DNA of 64,000 nucleotides from Anaerolineales bacterium (GCA_019637805.1 JAHBVB010000002.1:263981-327980); one strand, 5' to 3'; positions 36,876-46,575 are shown, counted from the stretch's first letter. Made by a program: numbers and translations. Notes: a model not told the origin generated them from the sequence alone.

Positions 36876-37961
36876 ATGACAGAACAACCCCACACCCACG
36901 AAACCGTCCGCCTGCTGAGGCCGGAGCACCCCGTCGGCATCGTCGGCTACGGCGCCTATGTGCCCCGCTACCGCCTGCCGGCCCGCGAGGTGGCCCGCGT
37001 CTGGACCAACGGCACCGGCGGCCTGCCCATCATCGAGAAGTCCGTGCCCGGCCTGGACGAAGACGTGGCCACCATGTCCATCGAGGCGGCCCGCAACGCC
37101 ATGGCCCGCGCCCAGATCAGCCCGCAAGACCTGCGCGCCGTCTGGGTCGGCTCCGAGTCGCACCCTTACGCAGTCAAGCCCACCTCCACCCTGGTGGCCG
37201 AGGCCATCGGCGCGGTGCCCAGCACCCAGGCCGCCGACTGGGAGTTCGCTTGCAAGGCCGGCACCGAGGCCATGGTGGCGGCGATGGGCTTCGTCGGCTC
37301 CGGCATGGCCCGTTATGCGCTGGCCATCGGCATGGACACTGCCCAGGGCCGCCCCGGCGACGCCTTGGAGTACACCGCTGGGGCGGGCGGGGCGGCCTTC
37401 GTCATCGGCCCCGCCGAAGAGTCGCTGGCCGAGATCGAAAGCTCTTACTCCTTCGTCACAGACACGCCAGACTTCTGGCGGCGGCAGTACGCCAAATACC
37501 CGGAGCACGGCCAGCGCTTCACCGGCGAGCCGGCCTATTTCAAGCACATCATTTCTGCGGGCGAGGCCATGCTGGAGGCGACCGGCACCACCGCGGAAGA
37601 CTACGCCTACGTCGTCTTCCACCAGCCCAACACCAAATTCCCGCAGCGCGCCGGGGCCATGCTGGGCTTCAGGCCGGAGCAGGTCGAGACCGGCCTGTTG
37701 GTGCCGCGCATCGGCAACACCTATTCCGGCGCGGCCATCATCGGCCTCACCGCCATCTTCGACATCGCCAAGCCCGGCGAGCGTGTGCTGCTGGTCTCCT
37801 TCGGCTCCGGGGCGGGCTCGGATGCGATGGTGCTGCGCATCACCGACAAGATCGCCGGCAAGCCGGGGCTGGCGACTACCACCGAAGACTACATCGCCCG
37901 CCGCACCGAGATCGACTACGCCGCCTATGTGCGCATGCGCGGCAAGTTGGAGATGAAGTAG
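36876..37961 (+). CDS. hydroxymethylglutaryl-CoA synthase, archaeal-type
   Basis: '[15 protein letters not shown]', '[11 protein letters not shown]' and '[11 protein letters not shown]'. The ATG lies 1 nt after the HMGR stop. Confidence 0.8.
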   Translation: MTEQPHTHETVRLLRPEHPVGIVGYGAYVPRYRLPAREVARVWTNGTGGLPIIEKSVPGLDEDVATMSIEAARNAMARAQISPQDLRAVWVGSESHPYAVKPTSTLVAEAIGAVPSTQAADWEFACKAGTEAMVAAMGFVGSGMARYALAIGMDTAQGRPGDALEYTAGAGGAAFVIGPAEESLAEIESSYSFVTDTPDFWRRQYAKYPEHGQRFTGEPAYFKHIISAGEAMLEATGTTAEDYAYVVFHQPNTKFPQRAGAMLGFRPEQVETGLLVPRIGNTYSGAAIIGLTAIFDIAKPGERVLLVSFGSGAGSDAMVLRITDKIAGKPGLATTTEDYIARRTEIDYAAYVRMRGKLEMK

Positions 37962-39125
37962 ATGAGCAAAGTCATCATCGCCGGCATCGGCCAGACGCCG
38001 GTCAATGAACAGTGGAATATCTCCCTGCGCGAGCTGGCCTTCCAGGCCATGGAGGCCGCCATGCAGGACGCCGGCGGCCTGCGCCCCAACGCGCTCTATG
38101 TCGGCAATATGCTGGCCGCGGCGCTCTCGCGCCAGGCGCAGCTGGGCGTCCTACTGTCCGACTTCGCCGGCCTGCACGGCATCGAGGCCGCCACCATCGA
38201 GGCGGCCGGCGCTTCGGCGGCGATGGCGCTGCGCGTCGGCTACCTGGCCGTCGCCTCCGGCCAGGTCGATGCCGCCCTGGTACTGGGCGTGGAGAAGCTC
38301 AGTGATCAAGTGCCCGCCGAGGTGGAGTACGCCATGGCTATGGCCAGCGACGCCGACTACGAAGCCGAGCAGGGCCTCACGCTTACCGCGCAGGCCGCCT
38401 TGCTGGCCCAGCGCTACTTCCACGAATTCGATGTGCCCCAGCACGCCCTCGCCGGCTTTCCGCTCACCGCTCACGCCAATGGGGTGCACAACCCCAACGC
38501 CATGTTCCGCAAGGCGGTCAAGGCCGAGACCTATGCCAAAGCCGGCATGGTCAGCGCGCCGCTGAACATGTTCGACGTGGCCCCCCACGCCGACGGGGCC
38601 GCCGCGCTGCTGCTGACCCGCGCCGACCTGCTGCCGCCCAAGTTCCCGCATCCCTTGGTCGAGATCAGCGGCTCCAGCGCGGTCAGCGACACGCTGGCCC
38701 TGCACGACCGGCCGGACCCGCTGGCCTTCAACGCCGCCCGGCTCTCCGTGGAACGCGCCTGCAAACAAGCTGGCATCCAGCCCGGCGATGCCGACTTCTT
38801 CGAATTGTTCGACGCCTTTTCCATATATAGCGCCCTCTCGCTTGAAGCCGCCGGCTTCTCCGAGCGTGGTCAGGGCTGGAAGTGGGCGCAGAACGGTGCG
38901 CTGGCCCCGGATGGCGAACTGCCCATCGCCACCCTGGGTGGCCTCAAGGCGCGCGGCTTCCCCGGTGGGGCGGCAGGCGCCTACCAGGCCGCCGAGGCTG
39001 TCTTGCAGCTGCGCGGTCAAGGGGGTGGGGCGCAAGTGAACGGGGCCAAGATCGGCCTGGTACAGAGCTTGGGCGGCCCCGCTGCCACGGCTGTGACCCA
39101 TGTTTTGCGAACTGTGAAAGATTGA
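37962..39125 (+). CDS. thiolase-domain protein (archaeal-type acetoacetyl-CoA thiolase)
   Basis: Thiolase-like fold of about 390 aa, 'GGLKARGFPGGAAGAYQAAE'. It abuts the HMGS stop. Confidence 0.8.
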   Translation: MSKVIIAGIGQTPVNEQWNISLRELAFQAMEAAMQDAGGLRPNALYVGNMLAAALSRQAQLGVLLSDFAGLHGIEAATIEAAGASAAMALRVGYLAVASGQVDAALVLGVEKLSDQVPAEVEYAMAMASDADYEAEQGLTLTAQAALLAQRYFHEFDVPQHALAGFPLTAHANGVHNPNAMFRKAVKAETYAKAGMVSAPLNMFDVAPHADGAAALLLTRADLLPPKFPHPLVEISGSSAVSDTLALHDRPDPLAFNAARLSVERACKQAGIQPGDADFFELFDAFSIYSALSLEAAGFSERGQGWKWAQNGALAPDGELPIATLGGLKARGFPGGAAGAYQAAEAVLQLRGQGGGAQVNGAKIGLVQSLGGPAATAVTHVLRTVKD

Positions 39126-39126
39126 G

Positions 39127-39561
39127 ATGGAAACCTTACGAACCCGCTTGGTCCAGGCCGCCGAATTGACCAACTCACTGGCCGCCCAGCTCTCGGCCGA
39201 GCAGCTCCAGAGCTACAACGGCGAAGCGCCCTCCAACAGCATCGGCGGCCAGTTCTGGTGCGTGGTCGGTGCGCGCGAAAGCTATGCCCGCGCCTTCACC
39301 GCCGGCGAATGGCAGGGCTTCAGTTGCAGCCTGCAGGACATCCAGACGCCCGGCAGCGTCCAGGCCGCCCTGGCGGACTCGCAAACCGCGTTGCTGAACG
39401 CCCTGGCCGTCACCGAGCAGCCCTGGGACGAAGCCCGCCTGAAGATCCTCTATGACCTGCTGGAACACGAAGCCCAGCACCACGGCCAGCTGATCCGCTA
39501 CTTCTATGCCAACAGCATCCCCTTTCCTGCCGACTTCGCCCATCGGTATGCTTTAAGCTAA
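39127..39561 (+). CDS. DinB-fold family protein
   Basis: Four-helix pattern with 'LLEHEAQHHGQLIRYF'. Confidence 0.65.
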   Translation: METLRTRLVQAAELTNSLAAQLSAEQLQSYNGEAPSNSIGGQFWCVVGARESYARAFTAGEWQGFSCSLQDIQTPGSVQAALADSQTALLNALAVTEQPWDEARLKILYDLLEHEAQHHGQLIRYFYANSIPFPADFAHRYALS

Positions 39562-39604
39562 CAGCTATTGGCTAATAGCTGTTAGCTATTTGATAGTTTC
39601 TGAT
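39556..39604. repeat. heptamer array (AGCTNNN) forming a perfect 14-bp-stem hairpin
   Basis: agctaac agctatt ggctaat agctgtt agctatt tgatagt ttctgat. The stem is 39556-39569 / 39574-39587 and it overlaps the DinB stop codon. Confidence 0.85.
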
Positions 39605-39642
39605 AGTTCCGCCCCGCTACAGTAGCCTCAGGAGAAACGCAA

Positions 39643-40050
39643 ATGGATATCCCGCGCCATTGGAGATTAAAGAAACAACGTTACGCCCTGGTGGGTGAGG
39701 TCTGCGAGCATTGCGACGCCAAGCTCTTCCCGCCGCGTGACATCTGCCCGGAATGCGGCGAAGAGGCCAAGACCCTCTTCCAGTTCAGCGGCAAGGGCGA
39801 GGTCTACTCCTACACCACCGTTTACGACGCGCCGCAAGGCTACGCCGAGCAGGCGCCCTACACCTTGGCGATGGTCAAGCTGGCCGAAGGCCCGCTGGTC
39901 ACCGCCCAGCTCACCGATCTGGGCGAGCAGCAGCCGGCCATCGGCATGCCGGTCGAGATGGTCACCCGTTTGCTGCGCTCCGCCACCGACGAGCGCGGCA
40001 TGCTCATCTACGGCTACAAGTTCCGCCCGGCAGTCGCCCAAGCCAGCTAA
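39643..40050 (+). CDS. DUF35 Zn-ribbon/OB-fold protein (thiolase/HMGS scaffold type)
   Basis: 'CEHCDAKLFPPRDICPECG' zinc ribbon followed by the OB-fold region 'GEVYSYTTVY'. GGAG lies 8 nt upstream. Confidence 0.8.
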   Translation: MDIPRHWRLKKQRYALVGEVCEHCDAKLFPPRDICPECGEEAKTLFQFSGKGEVYSYTTVYDAPQGYAEQAPYTLAMVKLAEGPLVTAQLTDLGEQQPAIGMPVEMVTRLLRSATDERGMLIYGYKFRPAVAQAS

Positions 40051-40055
40051 GCAGC

Positions 40056-40436
40056 ATGCTCCGCGTCGGCTCCATCGTTCTACGCGTGGATGACCTGCAA
40101 CGCATGGAAGCTTTTTGGACCGCTGCGTTGGATTATGTGCCGCGTGAAGGCTCGCGCAACCACGACTTCATCGTCCTACACCCCAGGGATGGCAACGGCC
40201 CCAATATCTCGCTTGACCAGCATCGCTCGGAACTGAGCATTCCACCGCGCATCCATCTCGACCTGTACACCGAGGATCAGCCAGGCGAAGTGGCGCGCCT
40301 TCTGGCGCTGGGCGCCACCGAGATCAACTGGGACAAGCGCCCGCCGGACGCCGACTACGTTATCCTGGCCGACCCGGAAGGCAATCGCTTCTGCGTGGTG
40401 GACGTGAGCGAACCCCAATCAACCAGCAGTTCGTGA
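40056..40436 (+). CDS. VOC/glyoxalase family protein
   Basis: 'MLRVGSIVLRVDDLQRMEAFW...ILADPEGNRFCVV'. The ATG at 40056 was verified in frame within ORF 39753..40436. Confidence 0.75.
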   Translation: MLRVGSIVLRVDDLQRMEAFWTAALDYVPREGSRNHDFIVLHPRDGNGPNISLDQHRSELSIPPRIHLDLYTEDQPGEVARLLALGATEINWDKRPPDADYVILADPEGNRFCVVDVSEPQSTSSS

Positions 40437-40480
40437 AATAAACTGATCTCGAATCCCTAATTACCCATTACCATTCCCCC

Positions 40481-41476
40481 ATGGAAAAATTCATCCGCGA
40501 CCGCTTCAACGATGCCATCCTGCACGAGGCCGCCGGCCGCTATGGCGTGGCGCCGGACGCCGTGCGCATGTTGGACAGCTTCGAGAGCTTCATCTTCGAA
40601 TTCTCGCGCCCAGACGGCGACTTCATCCTGCGCATCGGCCACAGTTCCCGCCGCAACCAGACCCTGATCGAGGGCGAAACCGAGTGGATCAATTACCTGG
40701 TTGCCGGTGGCGTCTCCGCCGCCCAGGCCATCCAGTCCCAGACTGGCAACCTGGTCGAGCCGATCGCCGACGGCCACGGCGCCGATTTCCTGGCGGTCGC
40801 CTTCGTCAAAGCCGCTGGCGGGCCGCCCTGGGAACGCTGGACGCCGGCGCTCTACGAGACCTACGGTGAGACCATCGGCCGCATGCATGCGCTCACCCGG
40901 GACTTCCATCGAGACGGCCAGCCGCGCAAGCGCCCCGAGTGGGACGACCCGGTCTTCGAGTTCGTCGACAGCTTCCTGCCGGCGCAAGAAATCATTGCCA
41001 GGGACAAGTACAAAGAGGTCTGCGATTATGTGCATAGCCTCCCCAAGGACAACGACTCCTATGGCCTGACCCATCAGGATGCTCACGGCGGCAATCTCTT
41101 CGTCGATGAGCAGGGCCGCATCACGCTCTTCGATTTCGACGATTGCGGCTACAACTGGCTGGTCAACGACATCGCCATGGTCCTCTTTTATATGGTGGCA
41201 GACGCCGAGCAGCCGGTGGCCCTTGCCAAGCAATTTATGACGCACTTCTTACGCGGCTACCGGCGGGCCTGCACGCTCGACGACCGCTGGCTGCAAGAGA
41301 TCCCGCATTTCTTGAAGATCCGTGAGATTGAGCTCTACGCCGTCATCCATCGCGACTTTGACGTGGAAAACATCGGGCACAGGTGGGCCGCCCAGTTCAT
41401 GGACGGCCGCAAAGCGCGCATCGAAAGCGGCGTCCCTTATCTGGATCTGGACTTTACCGCCCCCAGCCTGGGCTAG
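40481..41476 (+). CDS. aminoglycoside/choline-kinase-like phosphotransferase family protein
   Basis: Catalytic loop 'LTHQDAHGGNLFVDEQGRITLFDFDD'. Confidence 0.8.
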   Translation: MEKFIRDRFNDAILHEAAGRYGVAPDAVRMLDSFESFIFEFSRPDGDFILRIGHSSRRNQTLIEGETEWINYLVAGGVSAAQAIQSQTGNLVEPIADGHGADFLAVAFVKAAGGPPWERWTPALYETYGETIGRMHALTRDFHRDGQPRKRPEWDDPVFEFVDSFLPAQEIIARDKYKEVCDYVHSLPKDNDSYGLTHQDAHGGNLFVDEQGRITLFDFDDCGYNWLVNDIAMVLFYMVADAEQPVALAKQFMTHFLRGYRRACTLDDRWLQEIPHFLKIREIELYAVIHRDFDVENIGHRWAAQFMDGRKARIESGVPYLDLDFTAPSLG

Positions 41477-41484
41477 GAACAGCC

Positions 41485-42102
41485 ATGTACATTCCCCGCC
41501 TCTATCGCCAGGAAGACCGCGCCGAAATTCTGGCCTTCCTTAAGCACAACAGTTTCCCCGCCCTGGTGTCTTACGACGGGGAAAAGCCCGTGGCTACCCA
41601 CATCCCGGTGGAACTGGTCGAGGGTCCTGGCGAGCAGCTCAGCTTCCTAAGCCACATGGCCCGCGCCAACAAGCAGTGGCGCAATTTTGCCGATCGGGAA
41701 GTGCTGCTCATCTTTCAGGGGCCGCACACCTACATTTCACCCCGCTGGTACAACCACGCCAATGTGCCCACTTGGAATTATATGATCGCCCACGTCTACG
41801 GCCGCGTCCAGCCAGTGGAAGGTGATCAGCTTTACGGCTTGCTCAGCCGCCTGGTGCAGCGCTATGAAACGGGCACAGGCTACAGTCTGGAAGGCTTGCC
41901 GCAAGACTATGTCCAGCGTGAGATGCAGGCGGTCTATGGATTCGCTGTGGAGGTCACCCGCATCGACGCCGCCTTCAAGCTCAGCCAGAACCGGGACGAC
42001 CAGGACCACGCCAACATCATCGCTCAGCTGGAGCAGCGCCCGGACCAAGACTCGCAGCAGGTGGCCGCCGCCATGCGCCGCGGGCGGCCCTCAGGGGATT
42101 AG
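41485..42102 (+). CDS. FMN-binding negative transcriptional regulator (PaiB family)
   Basis: 'MYIPRLYRQED' and 'FQGPHTYISPRWY'. Confidence 0.8.
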   Translation: MYIPRLYRQEDRAEILAFLKHNSFPALVSYDGEKPVATHIPVELVEGPGEQLSFLSHMARANKQWRNFADREVLLIFQGPHTYISPRWYNHANVPTWNYMIAHVYGRVQPVEGDQLYGLLSRLVQRYETGTGYSLEGLPQDYVQREMQAVYGFAVEVTRIDAAFKLSQNRDDQDHANIIAQLEQRPDQDSQQVAAAMRRGRPSGD

Positions 42103-42689
42103 CCGCCCAGCGCGCTGGCCAGCCAGCTCAATGTGCCACTCTCCAGCAGAATAATGAGGCCCAGGCTCACCAGAACCAGGGGCACCACCCAGCGGCCCTG
42201 TCTCTGTATCGCCAGGGCCACTGCAGGCTGCCGGCTCAGCCGGTAACCCAGCCAGCACCAGGCTCCCAGCATCCCAAAGAAGACCACTATTGTCAGCGCC
42301 AGTTGTTGAGTGTTGCTGCTGGCGAACAAAGGCGTATAGATGCCAATGTTGTCGGCTCCATTCGCCATCGTCACCGCCGCCACTTGCAGGGTGGCGGGGT
42401 GGGGCAGCCCGCTGTGACTGGCGTTCGGGTCTTCTGGCTTCGCCAACCAGGCCCGCAACCCCAGCAGCACCGGCGCCAAGCCCAGCAGGCCGACCCATTC
42501 GCGGGGCAGCGCCAGGCTGCCCAGATAGCCGAGCAGGCTCAGCGCCACCAGCCCGGCGAAGCCCAGGAACTGGCCGGATACCACCGGCGCCCGCCGCGGC
42601 GACTGCGCGAAAAATAAGGTCACGATCAGGATATCATCCAGGTTGGTGGCCGCGAAGGCCAGCACAGCCGTCAGGGTCGTGGCTAACAT
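42099..42689 (-). CDS. CadD-family cadmium-resistance-like transporter
   Basis: 'LAFAATNLDDILIVTLFFAQ'. The upstream GTG at 42725 is an alternative start. Confidence 0.7.
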   Translation of the reverse strand: MLATTLTAVLAFAATNLDDILIVTLFFAQSPRRAPVVSGQFLGFAGLVALSLLGYLGSLALPREWVGLLGLAPVLLGLRAWLAKPEDPNASHSGLPHPATLQVAAVTMANGADNIGIYTPLFASSNTQQLALTIVVFFGMLGAWCWLGYRLSRQPAVALAIQRQGRWVVPLVLVSLGLIILLESGTLSWLASALGG

Positions 42690-42781
42690 GCCGCCATTGT
42701 AGCTGTACGCAGACTTTGGCTGCACTTGGTCGGCTGGTTGGCTTGACGCTGATTCCCTCCGTGTGCTAGTATCCCCACTGA

Positions 42782-43453
42782 ATGGATGTTCTGAGATCTA
42801 TGCCTCGTTTTGTACAAATCACCTTTTGGGTATCTCTGGCGCTGTTGCTGCCTGCCTGCACGCGCTCGGTCAGCAATTCCGCTCTGCCCACCGCCACGCA
42901 AGATACGCTCAGCGCGTTGTTCAGCACCATCGCCACGGAAACTGCCCTGGCCAACAGCGCCAAGAACCCCGACGCTGTGCTCACCCCGGACGCCTCGGCG
43001 CCAGCCGCCAGTCCCACGGCGCCCTTTGGCGCCACCGCCACGCTGGAGCTTTCACCCACGCCCGAAGCCACTGCCACCAACACCCCCGCGCCGATCAGTG
43101 AGCAAAGCGTGCCCTCCAGCTACACCCTGCGCCAGGGTGAATGGCCTTATTGCCTGGCCCGCCGCTTCAATATTGACCCGGCCGCCATCCTCAGTGCCAA
43201 CGGTCTCAGCGAGAGCCAGGCCGCCAACCTCAGTGTGGGCACTACCCTCACCATCCCGGTCGCCCAGGTGGGCACTTACGGCCCGGGTCGCCAGTTGCGC
43301 GCCCATCCCGCCACCTACGTGGCCAGCAGCACAGACACCTTCTACAGCATCGCCTGCGCCTTTGGCGATGTCTGGCCGCAGAACATCGCTGAGGCCAACG
43401 GCCTCACGCTGGATTCTGCGCTGCAGCCCGGCATGAATCTGCACATCCCCTAG
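42782..43453 (+). CDS. LysM domain-containing secreted protein (two LysM modules)
   Basis: Signal 'LALLLPAC'. 'YTLRQGEWPYCLARRFNIDPAAILSANGL' and 'YVASSTDTFYSIACAFG...IAEANGL'. Confidence 0.8.
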   Translation: MDVLRSMPRFVQITFWVSLALLLPACTRSVSNSALPTATQDTLSALFSTIATETALANSAKNPDAVLTPDASAPAASPTAPFGATATLELSPTPEATATNTPAPISEQSVPSSYTLRQGEWPYCLARRFNIDPAAILSANGLSESQAANLSVGTTLTIPVAQVGTYGPGRQLRAHPATYVASSTDTFYSIACAFGDVWPQNIAEANGLTLDSALQPGMNLHIP

Positions 43454-43455
43454 CC

Positions 43456-43995
43456 GTGAACTTCAAGGTTCTCAAAAGCGAGCGGGTCTATCAGGCGTAC
43501 AAGTTTGATGTACGCCAGGATTTGATCGAGCTGCCCAACGGCAAAACCGGCCTGTACGACATCGTCGTGCATAGCGGGGCGGTGGCCATGCTGCCGCTGG
43601 ACGCCGAAGGCAAGATCCACTTCGTGCGCCAGTTCCGCCCCAGCACCGGCAAGCCCATCCTGGAGATCCCGGCCGGCACCCTGGAACCTGGCGAGCAGCC
43701 CGAAGCCTGTGCCCAACGCGAACTGCGCGAGGAGATCGGCATGGCTCCCGGCCGCCTGACGCCGCTCAGCGATTTTTACTTGGCCCCCGGCTACTCCACC
43801 GAGCGCATGTACCTCTTCCTCGCTGAGGATTTGCGCCCCGAAACTCTGCCGGCCGATGATGACGAATTCCTCAAAGTGGAAAAGCTTTCCATGCACGAAG
43901 CCTTTGAGGCCATGCACAGCGGTGCGATCGAAGAAGCCAAAACCATGCTGGCTCTTTTCCTCGCGCGCCAACTCCTGCAGAAAAGGGCAGGCTAA
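43456..43995 (+). CDS. NUDIX hydrolase (ADP-ribose pyrophosphatase-like)
   Basis: Nudix box 'GTLEPGEQPEACAQRELREEIG'. GTG start. Confidence 0.85.
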   Translation: MNFKVLKSERVYQAYKFDVRQDLIELPNGKTGLYDIVVHSGAVAMLPLDAEGKIHFVRQFRPSTGKPILEIPAGTLEPGEQPEACAQRELREEIGMAPGRLTPLSDFYLAPGYSTERMYLFLAEDLRPETLPADDDEFLKVEKLSMHEAFEAMHSGAIEEAKTMLALFLARQLLQKRAG

Positions 43996-43998
43996 ATC

Positions 43999-44027
43999 TT
44001 GCCCTAAGCGGTTTTTTCCGCTATAAT
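43999..44027 (+). promoter_or_regulatory. candidate rho promoter TTGCCC-17nt-TATAAT with a ~140-nt leader
   Basis: TTGCCC at 43999-44004 and TATAAT at 44022-44027. Confidence 0.4.
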
Positions 44028-44167
44028 CATTTTGTTACCCCCCTGTACTTTTTTTAAAATCGAGCAGCCCAACTATCGCCATGCGCTTAAATGCGGAAAC
44101 GCCTGCCTGTGAGCGGGCAACCTGCATATAGAACCAATTAACCTGTACACCTGTAAAGAGACATTCC

Positions 44168-45445
44168 ATGACTTTACCCAATTTAGAAAATAGTTCTCTG
44201 GCCGATCTTCGCAAAGTTGCCAAAGACCTGGGCATCGACCGTCCCACCCGTCTCAAGAAAGAGGACCTGGTCGTGCACATCCGTCGTGCCGAGGCGGCCA
44301 AGCAGGGCCGCGAAGTGCGCGGCGGCATCCTCGAGATCATGAATGAAGGCGTTGGCTTCCTGCGCTCCGACCACTACCAGGGCGGGCCGGACGACGTCTA
44401 CGTTTCCCAGACCCAGGTGCGCCGCTACGGCCTGCGCAACGGTGACCTGATCATCGGCGAGGCTCGCCCGCCGCGCGAATCTGAAAAGCACTTCGGCCTG
44501 GTCAAGGTCGAATCGGTTAACGGCATGGATGCCGAAGCCGCCCGCAACCGGCCGCGCTTCGAGAACCTGACTCCCATCTTCCCGGACCAGCGCTTCGACC
44601 TGGAGACTGACCGCCGCGGCTTGGCCATGCGCATGATCAACCTGGTGGCCCCGGTGGGCCGCGGCCAGCGCGGCCTGATCGTATCGCCGCCAAAGTCCGG
44701 CAAGACCACCATCCTCAAAGAGATGGCCAACTCCATCTCCACCAACTACAAAGACGTGCACCTGATGATGGCGCTGATCGGCGAGCGCCCCGAAGAAGTC
44801 ACCGACATGGATCGCTCGGTGGACGCTGAGGTCATCTCCTCCACCTTCGACGAGCCGGTTACTTCGCATGTGCGCGCCGCCGAAATGGTCATCGAGCGCG
44901 CCAAGCGCTTGGTGGAGATCGGCCGCGATGTGGTCATCCTGCTCGACTCGATCACCCGCCTGGCGCGTGCCTATAACCTGGTGGTCACACCTTCCGGCCG
45001 CACGCTCTCCGGCGGTATCGACCCCTCGGCGCTCTATCCGCCCAAGCGCTTCTTCGGCGCCGCCCGCAATATTGAAGAGGGCGGCTCGCTAACCATCATT
45101 GCCACCTGCCTGGTGGACACCGGCTCGCGTATGGACGACGTGGTCTACGAAGAGTTCAAGGGCACCGGCAACATGGAACTGCACCTCTCGCGCCGCCTGC
45201 AGGAGCGCCGCATCTTCCCCGCCATCGATGTGGACCGTTCCTCCACCCGCCGCGAGGAGCTGCTGCTCGGCCCGGACATCACCCAGCACGTCTGGCTGAT
45301 GCGCCGTATGTACAACACCATGATCGCCGATCCCCCGCACGGCGCCGGCATGGATGTCGGCACCGCTGTGGAAGCCCTGTTGCAGCGCATGGCCAAGACC
45401 GACAGCAACCAGGAATTTCTGGAAGGTCTCAAGGACGAGGCCTAA
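44168..45445 (+). CDS. rho: transcription termination factor Rho
   Basis: N-terminal '[13 protein letters not shown]', an RNA-binding domain, and Walker A 'PPKSGKT'. Confidence 0.95.
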   Translation: MTLPNLENSSLADLRKVAKDLGIDRPTRLKKEDLVVHIRRAEAAKQGREVRGGILEIMNEGVGFLRSDHYQGGPDDVYVSQTQVRRYGLRNGDLIIGEARPPRESEKHFGLVKVESVNGMDAEAARNRPRFENLTPIFPDQRFDLETDRRGLAMRMINLVAPVGRGQRGLIVSPPKSGKTTILKEMANSISTNYKDVHLMMALIGERPEEVTDMDRSVDAEVISSTFDEPVTSHVRAAEMVIERAKRLVEIGRDVVILLDSITRLARAYNLVVTPSGRTLSGGIDPSALYPPKRFFGAARNIEEGGSLTIIATCLVDTGSRMDDVVYEEFKGTGNMELHLSRRLQERRIFPAIDVDRSSTRREELLLGPDITQHVWLMRRMYNTMIADPPHGAGMDVGTAVEALLQRMAKTDSNQEFLEGLKDEA

Positions 45446-45459
45446 CGCTCCGAAGGCGT

Positions 45460-46443
45460 ATGAGCAAATCAGTTTTCTCGAAGCAGGTCCGGCGATGGCT
45501 TTTCGCGGGCCTGCTTTTTGCTGTCGGCGCCTGCGCTGCACCGCCTACGGCTGAGCTGCCCACTGCGCAGCTCAGCTCGCCCGCCGCCACGGAGGCTCTG
45601 GTGGCCACCAGCACGCTGGCGCCACAGCCCACCGCCGCGACCGAGCCGTTCACCTACACCGTGGGGCCGGGCGATACGCTCAGCAGCATCGCCGCCCGCT
45701 TCGGCCTGCGCCCGGAAACCGTCTTGTGGGCCAATCATGACCTGCTGCACGACATCCCCGATTTTCTGATGGAAGACATGCAGCTGCTTATCCTGCCGCG
45801 TGACGGTATTTACCATCAGGCGGGCGGCGGCGACTCGGCCTCCAGCCTGGCCAACTTCTTCAACGCCAGCATAGACGACATCATCGCCTGGCCTGCCAAC
45901 GGGCTTGACCCCCAAAACCCGCAAGTCTTTATCGGCCAATGGCTGCTCATTCCTGAGGGCCAGCGCGGCCTGCGCCGCCGCATCATGCCCAACTTGCCCG
46001 CCGGCGCTATGGCTGTGGCCAGCGAGGAGTACGGCAACGGGGCCTGCCCGCAGAACAGCGGCCTGGCAGGGCAGGGCACCGGCCAGTATGCCTGGCCGGT
46101 CGCCGGCCGCAGCTTGGCGGCCGAAGGTTACTGGAGCGGCCACCAGGCCGTGGACCTGGCCGTCGAGATCGGCGAGCCGGTCCTGGCCGCCGATGCGGGC
46201 GTGGTGGTCTATTCCGGTTGGTCGAACCTGGGTTACGGCCTGATGGTCATGCTGGACCATGGCAATGGCGATTACACGCTCTACGGCGGCCTGGGCGCCG
46301 CTACGGCGGTGTGCGGCAGCGCCGTGGCCCAGGGCCAGCCGGTCGGTTTGGGCGGCGTGATCGGCCATCCGGCGGGCACCTTCGTGCACTTCGAGATCCG
46401 CCGCGGCCCGGAATTTCTCAATCCGCTGGATGTGTTGCCCTAG
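45460..46443 (+). CDS. LysM + M23 family metallopeptidase
   Basis: LysM 'YTVGPGDTLSSIAARFGL'. M23 'HQAVDLAV', 'GYGLMVMLDHGNG' and 'GTFVHFEIR'. Confidence 0.88.
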   Translation: MSKSVFSKQVRRWLFAGLLFAVGACAAPPTAELPTAQLSSPAATEALVATSTLAPQPTAATEPFTYTVGPGDTLSSIAARFGLRPETVLWANHDLLHDIPDFLMEDMQLLILPRDGIYHQAGGGDSASSLANFFNASIDDIIAWPANGLDPQNPQVFIGQWLLIPEGQRGLRRRIMPNLPAGAMAVASEEYGNGACPQNSGLAGQGTGQYAWPVAGRSLAAEGYWSGHQAVDLAVEIGEPVLAADAGVVVYSGWSNLGYGLMVMLDHGNGDYTLYGGLGAATAVCGSAVAQGQPVGLGGVIGHPAGTFVHFEIRRGPEFLNPLDVLP

Positions 46444-46475
46444 TAGCTCTAAGCTATAAGCCGTAAGCTCTAAGC
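46441..46475. repeat. heptamer tandem array (NNTAAGC x5)
   Basis: tagtagc tctaagc tataagc cgtaagc tctaagc. Confidence 0.8.
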
Positions 46476-46477
46476 CT

Positions 46478-46517
46478 CCGTCATTGCGAGGAGTACTTGC
46501 GTAGCGACGAAGCAATC
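46478..46517. repeat. GAGSRG...CGAAG hairpin-element copy (short form)
   Basis: ccgtcattgcgaggag-tacttgcgt-agcgacgaagcaatc. It is related to the elements at 49083, 50476 and 50799. Confidence 0.55.
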
Positions 46518-46540
46518 TCCGAGATGGTTCCACAACGATG

Positions 46541-46575
46541 CAATCATCAATCGTCAATCAACAATCAGCAATCAC
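46541..46575. repeat. heptamer tandem array (CAATCNN x5)
   Basis: caatcat caatcgt caatcaa caatcag caatcac. Confidence 0.85.

Noticed and set aside
39753-40055. Upstream part of the 227-aa ORF 39753..40436.
   Set aside because: It overlaps the DUF35 gene out of frame. The VOC-family similarity begins at ATG 40056.
41383-41484. Upstream extension of the PaiB ORF.
   Set aside because: It overlaps the phosphotransferase gene's 3' end. The PaiB family N-terminus 'MYIPR' starts at 41485.
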